A stretch of DNA of 64,000 nucleotides from Butyrivibrio sp. CAG:318 (GCA_000431815.1 FR889219.1:422-64421); one strand, 5' to 3'. Shown: positions 9,433-19,533, counted from the stretch's first letter. Notes: a model not told the origin generated them from the sequence alone. Translations and numbers: made by a program.

Positions 9433-10734
9433 TTATCCTATTGAAATATTGCCGTCAGGGAAGCTTACGCGTTCACCTTTGTCAAAATACCATAAAGTAG
9501 CGATTGTAAGCGGTCCGAGCCTGCCGATGTACATTATAATAATTGATAATATTTTGCTTCCGGTTGTGAGAGAACCGGTAATTCCGGTTGAAAGTCCGGT
9601 GGTTCCGAATGCACTTGTAATCTCAAAAAGTATGTCCGACATGTCGATTCCGGGTTCGAGTGCAGACATTATGAAAGAGCCTGTAAGCACGATTGTAAGC
9701 CCCATAAGCAATATGACGGAGGCTTTGCGGAAGGCATTGACCGGAACCGAATAACGGAAGGCTTTTTCGGAACGGTTGGTGGCAGCTGACTTAATTCCCT
9801 GAAGCAGCACGAAAAATGTTGTGGTCTTAATACCGCCGCCGGTTGAACCGGGCGATGCACCGATAAACATCAGAACGATTATGACTATCCTTCCGGCATT
9901 GGTAAATTTTCCGAGCGGGTAAGTGTAGAATCCCGCCGTCCTGGCCGATACACTCTGGAAAAAAGCACCGAGTACGCTTATATTCTCGGTGAGCATAAGA
10001 AGAAGTGCACCCACTATAATCAAGCTGGCACTCATGGAAAGCACAACCTTGGTGTGCATGGAGAATCTGCGCCAGCAAAATTTCTTATCGATAACTTCTC
10101 TTATAAGAAGAAAACCGATTCCGCCGAATACTATCAATAACATCGTGATTATGTTAAAATATACATTATCCTGGTATCCCGAAAGACTCCTGCCTCCGCC
10201 AAAGATATCAATACCGGAATTGTTAAATGCTGCTATTGAGTGAAAAAAGCTTAATCCAATGGCTCTTGCCGGCGGATAATCCCGTATAAACACAAAGAAA
10301 GTTAAAAACGCTCCCGCAGCTTCAAATGCAAGAGTTGTTAAAAATACGCTCTGGACAAACTTCACAACTCCTTTGCCTGAATCAAGGTTCATGGCGTCCT
10401 TTATTATGGCACGTCCCTTTAAATTGACTTTTTTACGCATTGCAAGAATGACGCCGGCACCTACGGATGTTACACCCAGGCCTCCGATCTGGATCAGAAG
10501 TCCCAGTATAAATTGTCCCACAGTGCTGAAAGTATCGCCCGCTTCAATAGAAAGCAGACCGGTAACACAGACAGCGCTTGTTGATGTGTAAAGCGCATCA
10601 ATGTAGTGAAGTGAACCGGGATGCTTAAGGCTTACCGGCAGCATAAGAAGTCCCGAACCTATAAAAATAATGGCTATAAATCCGATCGCGACAATACGCG
10701 CAGATGAAAGCCGCTTGAATATTCTCTGTAACAT
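9433..10734 (-). CDS. ktrB: Ktr/Trk K+ uptake membrane subunit
   Basis: Pore-loop motifs SAVCVTGL, AAFNNSG, SARTAGF, GASPGSTGGGIK and SAFGTTGLS. Confidence 0.88.
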   Translation of the reverse strand: MLQRIFKRLSSARIVAIGFIAIIFIGSGLLMLPVSLKHPGSLHYIDALYTSTSAVCVTGLLSIEAGDTFSTVGQFILGLLIQIGGLGVTSVGAGVILAMRKKVNLKGRAIIKDAMNLDSGKGVVKFVQSVFLTTLAFEAAGAFLTFFVFIRDYPPARAIGLSFFHSIAAFNNSGIDIFGGGRSLSGYQDNVYFNIITMLLIVFGGIGFLLIREVIDKKFCWRRFSMHTKVVLSMSASLIIVGALLLMLTENISVLGAFFQSVSARTAGFYTYPLGKFTNAGRIVIIVLMFIGASPGSTGGGIKTTTFFVLLQGIKSAATNRSEKAFRYSVPVNAFRKASVILLMGLTIVLTGSFIMSALEPGIDMSDILFEITSAFGTTGLSTGITGSLTTGSKILSIIIMYIGRLGPLTIATLWYFDKGERVSFPDGNISIG

Positions 10735-10875
10735 AGTAACCTCTTTTATTCAGATATATATGAACATCATTATAGCATATCTGGCTCAAAAGTCTATTAT
10801 ATAAATAATTATTGTTGAAAGTGCAATAATGTGGTAATCTGTAATTGCACGGGGAGTGACGCGGAGGTGTAATAT

Positions 10876-11877
10876 ATGGCAGATGTATATGTTGCTGATG
10901 ATAGCAGATATGATAAGATGAAGTATAACAGAGTAGGAAACAGCGGACTTAAATTTCCGGCAGTTTCACTTGGCTTGTGGCATAATTTCGGATCCAAGGA
11001 TAATTATGATAATATGAAAGCCATGTTAAGGACCGCATTTAACAACGGAATAACACAGTTTGACCTTGCGAATAATTACGGCCCGGTATACGGAAGCGCA
11101 GAGGCGAATGCGGGAAGACTTCTTGCAGAGGATTTTAAGCCATACAGGGATGAGCTTGTAATAACGACCAAGGCAGGTTTTGATATGTGGCCGGGTCCGT
11201 ACGGTGACTACGGAAGCCGTAAATATCTTATGGCAAGTATCGACCAGAGCCTTAAGAGACTGGGCCTTGATTATGTGGATATTTTTTACCATCACAGGAT
11301 GGATACGGAGACACCGCTTGAGGAGACAATGGGAGCGCTCGCAGATATTGTAAGGAGCGGCAAGGCATTGTATGCGGGCGTATCTAATTACAATGAAGAG
11401 TATACGCGCAAGGCATCGGAGATTCTTAAGAGCCTTCATTGTCCGTTTATAGTAAATCAGCGCAGATATTCTATTTTTGACAGGGAAATTGAGCACGACG
11501 GTGTCAAATATTTCTGCAAGGAGAACGGAATAGGCATTATCGCATTCAGTCCGCTTGCACAAGGGTTATTGACCGATAAATACATGAACGGCATACCGGA
11601 AGATTCCAGAATCAAGCGTGACGGAAGATTTCTTAAACCGGAGGCCATAAGCGAGGCATATATATCCAAGGTAAAAGCACTTAACAGGATTGCGGCGGAC
11701 AGAGGACAGACACTTGCCCAGATGGCACTTTCGTGGATTCTGAAGGATGAAGATGTATGCTCGGTTCTTGTCGGAGCGTCAAGCCCGAAGCAGATCGAGG
11801 AGGATGCGAAGATAGTCGGACATACTGAATTCCAAGCTGCCGAACTTGAGCAGATTAATGAAATTGTTCATAATTAA
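10876..11877 (+). CDS. aldo/keto reductase (YghZ/L-glyceraldehyde-3-phosphate reductase-like)
   Basis: SLGLWHNFG, FDLANNYGP, ITTKAG, DIFYHHR and FSPLAQGLLT. Confidence 0.88.
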   Translation: MADVYVADDSRYDKMKYNRVGNSGLKFPAVSLGLWHNFGSKDNYDNMKAMLRTAFNNGITQFDLANNYGPVYGSAEANAGRLLAEDFKPYRDELVITTKAGFDMWPGPYGDYGSRKYLMASIDQSLKRLGLDYVDIFYHHRMDTETPLEETMGALADIVRSGKALYAGVSNYNEEYTRKASEILKSLHCPFIVNQRRYSIFDREIEHDGVKYFCKENGIGIIAFSPLAQGLLTDKYMNGIPEDSRIKRDGRFLKPEAISEAYISKVKALNRIAADRGQTLAQMALSWILKDEDVCSVLVGASSPKQIEEDAKIVGHTEFQAAELEQINEIVHN

Positions 11878-11881
11878 ATAC

Positions 11882-11910
11882 TTTACAAAACAATCTCCGT
11901 CTGTTATATT
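11882..11910 (+). promoter_or_regulatory. sigma-A promoter of the riboswitch/P-type ATPase transcript
   Basis: TTTACA, 17 nt, TATATT with extended TG, about 8 nt before the aptamer. Confidence 0.6.
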
Positions 11911-11917
11911 CCTAATA

Positions 11918-12035
11918 TACAAAAAGGGAGTAGTTGCATGCGTTTACCCGCATGTTCCGGCTATCGTCAGTACGTTCCTCTAACAGGAGCCGGTTGCCGG
12001 AGAACGAAACTGTCGTTAAACGAGACTTTTTGTGT
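11918..12035 (+). ncRNA. yybP-ykoY manganese riboswitch
   Basis: AAAAGGGAGTAG ... TCGTCAGTAC ... CCGG ... CGAGACTTTT hallmark segments, with P1 AAAAG/CTTTT. Lies upstream of a YoaB-like P-type ATPase, the established context. Confidence 0.85.
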
Positions 12036-12070
12036 GCATTTTTTTGGTGCGCACAAAAGGTCTCTTTTTT
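12022..12070 (+). terminator. riboswitch expression-platform terminator
   Basis: GAGACTTTTTGTGTGCA...TGCGCACAAAAGGTCTC followed by a U tract; its 5' arm overlaps the aptamer P1 3' strand. Confidence 0.8.
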
Positions 12071-12095
12071 ATTATATTCTGAAAGGAGAATGGCT

Positions 12096-14720
12096 ATGAA
12101 AGAAGCATATCTTATGAGCAAGGAGGAAGTTTTTCGGGAATATGGCGATGAACGTGGCCTTACATCGGCGCGGGTATCCGAAAAAACAGAACAATACGGA
12201 AAGAACGAACTTACCGGGCAGAAGGAAAAAAGCATAATGATGGTTTTTTTAAGCCAGTTCGCAGACCTGCTGGTAATTATTCTTATCGTGGCAGCCGTGA
12301 TTTCCATGATTTCAGGTAATGTCGAAAGTACGATTGTTATTTTTGCCGTAATAATCCTGAATGCATTACTCGGGACAATACAGTATGTCAAGGCCCGTAA
12401 ATCACTTGATTCGCTTAAAAAACTCTCCGCGCCGAAGGCTAAGGTTTTAAGAGATGGCGCAGTAACGCAGATAGCCTCGGCAGATCTCGTTCCGGGCGAT
12501 GTGCTGATGCTTGAAGCGGGCGATATGGTTTCTGCCGATGCAAGAATTATCAGAAATTATTCATTGCAGGTTAATGAAAGCTCGCTTACCGGCGAATCTG
12601 CCAACGTCGATAAAAAAGATTGTGATATTTTTGACAATACGGCACTGGCCGACCGTGTAAACATGGTATATTCCGGAAGTCTTGTAACATACGGAAGGGC
12701 TGTGACAGTGGTCACCGGAACCGGCATGAATACGGAAATAGGCAAAATAGCAGGACTTATGAATAATACGGGAGAACGCAAAACCCCGTTGCAGAAGAGT
12801 CTTGACAATTTCAGTAAGAAGCTCGCCATAGTGATCATGGTGATAAGCGTTATTGTTTTTGCATTGAGATTGATCCAGAAACAGCCTGTGCTTGACTCTC
12901 TTATGTTTGCCGTGGCACTTGCCGTTGCTGCAATTCCCGAGGCACTCGGTTCGATCGTTACAATAGTACAGGCCATGGGAACCAAAAAAATGGCTGCCGA
13001 CAATGCAATCATAAAGGAACTTAAAGCGGTCGAAAGTCTTGGCTGCGTCTCAGTAATATGTTCCGATAAGACCGGCACACTCACACAGAACAAGATGACA
13101 GTGCAGGATGTATACATTGACGGTCACTGCATCAATCCGGAGGAAATAGATATTCATGAGCGTCTGCACAGATATCTTCTGTATGCGGCGATTCTTGACA
13201 ATGATTCTTCCATTGCATCCGGCGGCGAAATCGGAGATCCTACGGAAACCTGTCTTCTCACAATGGCACGAAGAGCCGGTTTAAGTGCTGCCGGAATTTC
13301 GGAGGAAGATATAAGGGAGATGATGCCTCGTATTGAAGAAATTCCTTTTGATTCCGACCGCAAACTTATGAGTGCTAAATATTATATTCACGGCATTCCT
13401 ACAATTCTCACCAAAGGTGCGGTTGACGTTCTTCTGGACAGAACCGATTCAATAGCGGATGCCGGTGGTGTGAGAACTTTTACGCCTGCCGACCGTGACA
13501 AGATACTGGCGCAGAATATGGCTTTTTCGGAGAACGGACTCAGAGTGCTGGCATTTGCATATAAAGAATGCAAGCCTGACAGCAGGCTCACACACGAAGA
13601 AGAGAATGGATACACGTTCATCGGCCTTGTATCAATGATGGATCCGCCGCGTCCTGAATCTGTCAGGGCTGTTGCGGATGCGATAGGTGCCGGAATAAAA
13701 CCGGTAATGATAACCGGGGATCATAAGGTGACTGCAACGGCTATTGCGAAGCAGATCGGAATTTATCATGACGGAGATATGGCTCTTACGGGCCAGGAAC
13801 TTGACGCACTTACTGATGAAGAACTTGACAACAGTCTTGAAAAAATAAGCGTGTATGCCAGAGTTTCACCGGAAAATAAAATAAGAATCGTGGATGCATG
13901 GCAGCGCAAGGGCAGCATTACTGCCATGACCGGTGACGGTGTCAATGACGCGCCGGCACTTAAAAAAGCTGATATCGGCGTCGCAATGGGAATAACCGGC
14001 ACGGAGGTTTCCAAAGATGCAGCTGCAATGGTTCTCGCAGATGATAATTTCGCAACCATAATAAAGGCAGTTCTCAACGGCCGCAACATATACCGGAATA
14101 TCCTGAATGCAATACTTTTTCTGCTTTCAGGCAACCTGGCTGCAATAATCGCGGTGCTTTACTGTTCGATCGCAGCGCTTAACACGCCGTTTGAACCTGT
14201 ACATTTGTTGTTTATCAATCTTCTTACTGACTCACTTCCGGCGCTTGCAATTGGCATGGAACCATCAGACAGGACGCTTCTTAAGAATAAGCCGAGAAAC
14301 CCGAAATCCGGAATCCTTTCCGGCCCGTTCTCGCTCAAACTTGTTCTGTACGGTGTGCTGATATCGGTAGCAACAATGTTCTCATTCTACGTCGGCCTGC
14401 AAACCGGCCCTGCGACCGCGACAACCATGGCATTTGCAACCCTGACGCTTTCGCGTCTCTTCCATGGCTTCAACTGCAGAAGTGACCTGCCGTTATACAA
14501 AATCGGCCTCTTCACGAACCGTTACACCATAGGCGCGTTCCTGCTGGGAACAGCCTTGCTTGCCCTTGTCCTGTTTGCACCATTCATGGAAAAATTATTC
14601 CTTGTGCAGCCGCTTGACGCAGTGCAGCTTGCGGTAATAGCTGTTGCAGCGCTGGTACCGACACTCATTGTCCAGCTTGTAAAAACTATCCTCTGTATCC
14701 GTCACCGCGCGCAAAAATAA
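12096..14720 (+). CDS. P-type II cation-transporting ATPase (Ca2+/Mn2+, YoaB-like)
   Basis: LTGES, IPEAL, DKTGT, KGA, MITGD and GDGVNDAPAL; start reassigned to ATG 12096 behind AAAGGAG. Confidence 0.9.
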   Translation: MKEAYLMSKEEVFREYGDERGLTSARVSEKTEQYGKNELTGQKEKSIMMVFLSQFADLLVIILIVAAVISMISGNVESTIVIFAVIILNALLGTIQYVKARKSLDSLKKLSAPKAKVLRDGAVTQIASADLVPGDVLMLEAGDMVSADARIIRNYSLQVNESSLTGESANVDKKDCDIFDNTALADRVNMVYSGSLVTYGRAVTVVTGTGMNTEIGKIAGLMNNTGERKTPLQKSLDNFSKKLAIVIMVISVIVFALRLIQKQPVLDSLMFAVALAVAAIPEALGSIVTIVQAMGTKKMAADNAIIKELKAVESLGCVSVICSDKTGTLTQNKMTVQDVYIDGHCINPEEIDIHERLHRYLLYAAILDNDSSIASGGEIGDPTETCLLTMARRAGLSAAGISEEDIREMMPRIEEIPFDSDRKLMSAKYYIHGIPTILTKGAVDVLLDRTDSIADAGGVRTFTPADRDKILAQNMAFSENGLRVLAFAYKECKPDSRLTHEEENGYTFIGLVSMMDPPRPESVRAVADAIGAGIKPVMITGDHKVTATAIAKQIGIYHDGDMALTGQELDALTDEELDNSLEKISVYARVSPENKIRIVDAWQRKGSITAMTGDGVNDAPALKKADIGVAMGITGTEVSKDAAAMVLADDNFATIIKAVLNGRNIYRNILNAILFLLSGNLAAIIAVLYCSIAALNTPFEPVHLLFINLLTDSLPALAIGMEPSDRTLLKNKPRNPKSGILSGPFSLKLVLYGVLISVATMFSFYVGLQTGPATATTMAFATLTLSRLFHGFNCRSDLPLYKIGLFTNRYTIGAFLLGTALLALVLFAPFMEKLFLVQPLDAVQLAVIAVAALVPTLIVQLVKTILCIRHRAQK

Positions 14721-14759
14721 TCCCGCGCGGGTACCGGAGGAGATTATCGTCGAGTGAAC

Positions 14760-15446
14760 CTAATTCTCGGACGGTTCCGAGGAGTATAACTGATTTTTGA
14801 TGGCAAGCATGCGCATATCAGTCTGTGAAATGATGTCGGCACATTCCTTTAACTGTGCCGACAATTCATCGGCATTGGGAACGTCATGCTTGTATTTAAG
14901 CTGATGGTCAACACTTGACCAGAAGTCCATTGCGATGGTCCGGATCTGAACCTCGACACGCATCGGCTTCTTCTGATTGGAGAAGAACACCGGAACCTCC
15001 AGGATAAGGTGAAGGCTGCGGTAGCCGTTGGGCTTCGGACTTTCTATGTAATCTTTTTTCTTGATTAAAGTGATGTCATCCTGGCTGAGAAGCATATCTG
15101 CAACAGAATATATGTCATCGATGAACGGACAGATTACCCTGATGCCGGCCACGTCATTGAGGCTGCGTTCAATGGACTCGACATTGACAGGCTCGCCGTA
15201 GCGCTTAAGCTTGTCCACTATGCTGAGCGGCCTTTTGATACGTGACTCAATGAATTCAATAGGATTACGGCTGTTGCGGATGCTGAGTTCGTCGTTGAGA
15301 ACCTCAAGCTTGGTGCGAACCTCGCGGATGGCACAGTTATACATCATCATAAGTTCCCGGAACTGAAAAGCCTGATTTACGAAATAATTGTCGGAATCCG
15401 GGACAAAATTCAGTTCATCAAGAACCTTGTCTAATTCTTTTGTCAT
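14760..15446 (-). CDS. small alarmone synthetase (RelA/SpoT domain, RelP/RelQ-like)
   Basis: SRIKRP, NDVAGIRV, KDYI..PKPNGYRSLH and EVQIRTIAMDFW. Confidence 0.88.
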   Translation of the reverse strand: MTKELDKVLDELNFVPDSDNYFVNQAFQFRELMMMYNCAIREVRTKLEVLNDELSIRNSRNPIEFIESRIKRPLSIVDKLKRYGEPVNVESIERSLNDVAGIRVICPFIDDIYSVADMLLSQDDITLIKKKDYIESPKPNGYRSLHLILEVPVFFSNQKKPMRVEVQIRTIAMDFWSSVDHQLKYKHDVPNADELSAQLKECADIISQTDMRMLAIKNQLYSSEPSEN

Positions 15447-15575
15447 ATTTAATTACCCACCGTTTCATAAAATATAATTACCTTCACCAATATTATAACA
15501 GATTGCAGGCATTGTTGCAATCAGACAAGTTGGGAGTAATGTTGGATTAATAAAATAAAGAATGTATAAAAACTA

Positions 15576-15605
15576 TTGCCAAGTACGAAGAGTGATGTAT
15601 ATAAT
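15576..15605 (+). promoter_or_regulatory. sigma-A promoter of the kinase locus
   Basis: TTGCCA (15576-81), 18 nt, TATAAT (15600-05). Confidence 0.55.
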
Positions 15606-15647
15606 TAAATATTAAACAGAACACTTTTTTGACAGGAGTATTTAAAG

Positions 15648-16316
15648 ATGAAGAAATGTTCAGGCTGTGGTAAATATTTTGATGATAAATATGATGTGTG
15701 TCCATCCTGCGGACAGATTTGTCCGGTTGTTAATGTGGTGGACCTCACGAAAGTAAAAAGATATCATTTTAATTTTATGCATAATAAGAAAATATGGATA
15801 ACAGTGGCGGCTGTCATTGCGGTTGCAGTGATGGCAGTGATATGTATTGCTGTACATAGAAAACCCGACGAAGCAGAGATAATCAGGGCAGAGGATGAGG
15901 ATATGGTGAAAATGCCCGACTTATCGGGACTTACATATGATGAAGCATATTCGCTGTGCCGTATGCAGCTTTTGTATGTGGAAATAAAAGGAATAATTTA
16001 TGATACCCAAAAAGCGCCGGGAGTGATTGCAGCCCAGTCAGCAGAAGCCGGAAGCGATATTGCAGCCGGAAGTGTAATTTACGTTAATATGAGCGGCATA
16101 AAAGAAATAGAAAAAGGATATGTTCCGGATGTCATGTATATGAGTCTGGACGATGCCAAACAGGTATTGTCTGAATCGGGTCTGCAGATAGATGTCCGCT
16201 ATGAATTCAGCGACAGTGTTGCAAAAGGATATGTGACATCGCAGATGCCGGCTGCCAAAGACAAATGCAAAGATGGCGATAAAGTTACGATAACAGTGAG
16301 CGGAGAGGATAAATGA
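15648..16316 (+). CDS. Zn-ribbon + TM + 2x PASTA protein
   Basis: CSGC...CPSC, one TM helix, PASTA repeats VKMPDLSGLTYDEA...Q and VPDVMYMSLDDAKQVL...GYVTSQMP. Confidence 0.85.
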   Translation: MKKCSGCGKYFDDKYDVCPSCGQICPVVNVVDLTKVKRYHFNFMHNKKIWITVAAVIAVAVMAVICIAVHRKPDEAEIIRAEDEDMVKMPDLSGLTYDEAYSLCRMQLLYVEIKGIIYDTQKAPGVIAAQSAEAGSDIAAGSVIYVNMSGIKEIEKGYVPDVMYMSLDDAKQVLSESGLQIDVRYEFSDSVAKGYVTSQMPAAKDKCKDGDKVTITVSGEDK

Positions 16317-16317
16317 T

Positions 16318-19300
16318 ATGGATAAAATGGATGTTCTTAGTGCAGGAACAGTCCTGCATGACTGCTATGAAATAGAAGAATGTATATGCCGGACACGATT
16401 TTCCGCAGTTTATCGTGTATATGATAAGTACCTCGATAAGATATTTGCGGTCAAAGAATATTTTCCCGGTGACAGATGCCTGAGGGACAAGGATGGAATA
16501 ACGGTTGCACCATATCTGGGAGAAGCAGGCAGACTTTATGCGGATGGACTTAAAGCTTTTATAGACGATACGGCCGATGCGATGAAGATAAAAGACTGTT
16601 CCAATCTTGTTAAGATATACAATATTTTTGAGGAAAATAATACCGCGTACAGCGTGATGGAATATATAGAAGGAAAGACCCTCGGTGAAATACTTAAGAA
16701 AGAGATATATACATATCCGAAGGCGATGGCATTAATGCGTCCTGTAATGAAAGCACTTTCACTTCTGCATGCGGACGGACTTGTGCATCGTAATGTGGCG
16801 CCGGACAATATAATAATCAGACCGGACGGACAACCGGTCCTTATTGACAGCGGGTCATATCATTATGTGGCATCGGATTCCGAAGAAAGCATGACCACGA
16901 TAAACCGTGATGCGTATTCTCCGATGGAACAATATATGAAAAAAGGTACACAGGGACCATACACAGATGTATATTCATGTGCAGCGCTCATCTACAGGAT
17001 GATAACGGGGACGGAAATACCTTTTGCGGCAGCATCGGGCGGAACGGCATATCTTAAGAAACCGGACAAGACAGCAAAGGGAATTGATGGGGATAGCAGC
17101 GCGGCAATAATTAATGCGCTTCATTCAAATTACAAAGAACGTACACAGACAATTGACGATTTTCTTGCACAGCTTGACGGGACAGTAAGAGTTAATGCAA
17201 AATACGAAAAAACAATGTCATGGAAACATACCGGGAACAACATATGGGTAACAGGTGTGATTGTGGTATGTATTGTAATCGTGGCAATTCTTGCAGCCGT
17301 TACAATTTCGGATATCACCCGGAACGGGAAACACGGTAACAGGGAATATATGCTTGGGAGTGGGATGACGATTGCTCCGAATGTAGTTAACCAGCAGATA
17401 GGGGATGCACTTACCATAACCAGAAAGCATCTTCTATATATGATGATAACGGATAAAGAATATTCAGCAGAAGTAGAGAAGGGCGCGGTGCTGTCACAGA
17501 ATGAGACACCGGGCAGGAAAGTAAAAGCGGGAAATTATCTGGAAATTGTATATTGTGCCGGAGTCAGACAGATATATGCTGAGAACGTTATAGGAATGCC
17601 TAAGGACGAGGCAGAAAAATTGCTGAAAAATCTTGGATTCAAGGTAAAGTTTGAAGATGTTAAAAGCATGGCAAAGCCGGGGTATGTGGCTACACAAAGT
17701 ATCCGGCCGGAAGAGGCGGCCGCACAGGGAAGTGTTATTGTTCTGGGAATTTCCAAGGGACGCGATGACATAGATGAAAACGTGATGACAACGGTACCGC
17801 AACTTACAGGTATAACGCTTGAAGAAGCGGAACGTTTATGCGAAGATGCCAAACTGTATTATATTATAGTGAAACACGTCAACTATGCTGAAAATCCTGA
17901 CAGAATATATTCCCAGTCTTTGCAAAGCGGAAGTGAAGTGAATGAAGGAACGGTAATAGAACTTGTATATAACGACGGTCCTAAGATGAACCGTGTCCCG
18001 GATTATCAATACAAGAACATATCGGATGTCGATTCAATAACGGGAAATTTGAAGCTTGAAATAGAATATGTATACGAAAACAGTACAACTGTGGCCAAAG
18101 ACAGGATTATCAGACAGAGCATGCCGGCGGGAACACTTGTTAATGACGGGGCGCATATCACGTTATGGGTAAGCCTCGGAGTGGCTGATGTGGATGTTGA
18201 TAATATTATAGACAGGCTGACGACGGCAGATGTTACATCTTCTACGAAGAAACCGGCATCTGGAAATAACAGCGGGCAGAAACCGCAGACAAAGACAACG
18301 GAAAATGCAGACGGAAGTTCTGCCCAGACAGCGACGCACAAGACTACAGATTCGTCCCAGGCAGAACCTGAGCAGACAACGCAGATACAGTATGATGACG
18401 ATACAACAGAACAGAAATGGGAATTTGATTATGTGATTGGTGATGACGGTGTTACAATCAAATCAATAAAAGTAAGGAAATACTGGGAGGCCGTATTTGA
18501 AAAAGAAGAGATAAGTATCCCTTCAACGATAGACGGGCATAAGGTTGTTGCCGTTGAAGGACTGTCGACCAATGCGCAGTATGGAGATAATATCAAAATA
18601 ATCAATATCCCGTCAACTGTTAAAACAATCAATACGAACAATCTTGAAGGAAGGTCAAGCCTTACAAAGATAGTTGTTGATGCACAGAATGAGGTGTACG
18701 CATCTTATGACGGTGCACTTTACAACAAGGCCCGGACCGTGTTGTATTTCGTGCCGCGTGCCATCAAAGAGGTTACGCTCGCGTCATCCCTTAAGAAGAT
18801 AGACGATTCGGCATTCCGGGACTGCCGGTACATAACACGGGTCACGATTCCGGCGGCGATGACTAAATTTGATAATATCCAAGGCGGACTTTTCTACGGA
18901 TGCACGAACCTTAATACCATAAATGTTGAGTCGGGAAACAAAAGGCTTTTTTCGGATAATGGTGTATTATATGAACACGCACACCTGAATAACGGACCGG
19001 GAATTAATTTTTTTGACCCCGATACATGGGAGTATTACAATACCAAGAGCAGGCTGATAATGATTCCATACGCCAAGACGAGTCTTGTTATAAGGGCTGA
19101 TTGCAATTATGTGGAGTCATACAGTTGTTATTATAATTCGTTAAAACAGATAACAGTCGAAAGCGGAAACAGCTATGTGACGGTATATGATAGTGTTGTA
19201 TATATGGAATTTGGCAGCGAATGGGATATACAATGCTTCCCCGGAGGCAAAAGCGAAGTGAATCTTATGGACGGAATTACAAGCGTGACCGGGGAACTGT

Positions 19301-19530
19301 ATGGGTCGGATGCGCTGGTAAAAATCGTAATTCCCGACAGCGTAACAGCCATAGACAACTATAAATTAAGAACGTCACCGGTACTCCGCAGTATAAATAT
19401 CCCCGCCGGGGTAACATCGATAGGAACCGGGGTGTTAGAAAATGCACCTAATGTAACGGCTACGGTTGTTAAGGGAACATATGGTGAAGAATGGTGTAAA
19501 AATAATAATATAAAATACATTTATGGCTGA
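16318..19530 (+). CDS. Hanks-type pseudokinase with TM, 4x PASTA, S/T-rich linker and BspA-type LRR
   Basis: Kinase fold (AVKEYFP, YSVMEYIEG, YSPMEQY, DVYS) with degenerate catalytic motifs, a TM helix, four PASTA repeats and LRR_5-like repeats (IPSTVKTI, AFRDC, IPDSVTAI). Confidence 0.85.
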   Translation: MDKMDVLSAGTVLHDCYEIEECICRTRFSAVYRVYDKYLDKIFAVKEYFPGDRCLRDKDGITVAPYLGEAGRLYADGLKAFIDDTADAMKIKDCSNLVKIYNIFEENNTAYSVMEYIEGKTLGEILKKEIYTYPKAMALMRPVMKALSLLHADGLVHRNVAPDNIIIRPDGQPVLIDSGSYHYVASDSEESMTTINRDAYSPMEQYMKKGTQGPYTDVYSCAALIYRMITGTEIPFAAASGGTAYLKKPDKTAKGIDGDSSAAIINALHSNYKERTQTIDDFLAQLDGTVRVNAKYEKTMSWKHTGNNIWVTGVIVVCIVIVAILAAVTISDITRNGKHGNREYMLGSGMTIAPNVVNQQIGDALTITRKHLLYMMITDKEYSAEVEKGAVLSQNETPGRKVKAGNYLEIVYCAGVRQIYAENVIGMPKDEAEKLLKNLGFKVKFEDVKSMAKPGYVATQSIRPEEAAAQGSVIVLGISKGRDDIDENVMTTVPQLTGITLEEAERLCEDAKLYYIIVKHVNYAENPDRIYSQSLQSGSEVNEGTVIELVYNDGPKMNRVPDYQYKNISDVDSITGNLKLEIEYVYENSTTVAKDRIIRQSMPAGTLVNDGAHITLWVSLGVADVDVDNIIDRLTTADVTSSTKKPASGNNSGQKPQTKTTENADGSSAQTATHKTTDSSQAEPEQTTQIQYDDDTTEQKWEFDYVIGDDGVTIKSIKVRKYWEAVFEKEEISIPSTIDGHKVVAVEGLSTNAQYGDNIKIINIPSTVKTINTNNLEGRSSLTKIVVDAQNEVYASYDGALYNKARTVLYFVPRAIKEVTLASSLKKIDDSAFRDCRYITRVTIPAAMTKFDNIQGGLFYGCTNLNTINVESGNKRLFSDNGVLYEHAHLNNGPGINFFDPDTWEYYNTKSRLIMIPYAKTSLVIRADCNYVESYSCYYNSLKQITVESGNSYVTVYDSVVYMEFGSEWDIQCFPGGKSEVNLMDGITSVTGELYGSDALVKIVIPDSVTAIDNYKLRTSPVLRSINIPAGVTSIGTGVLENAPNVTATVVKGTYGEEWCKNNNIKYIYG

Positions 19531-19533
19531 TTT

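Noticed and set aside
10735..10875. Possible c-di-AMP (ydaO) riboswitch before ktrB, or M-box before mgtE
   Set aside because: The intergenic regions are short and lack the conserved motifs.
11934..12095. N-terminal extension of the P-type ATPase
   Set aside because: It runs through the riboswitch and terminator; the RBS lies at 12082-88.
14760..15446. Small alarmone synthetase as a toxSAS toxin-antitoxin module
   Set aside because: It is monocistronic with no adjacent antitoxin-like ORF and looks like an ordinary RelP/RelQ-type enzyme.
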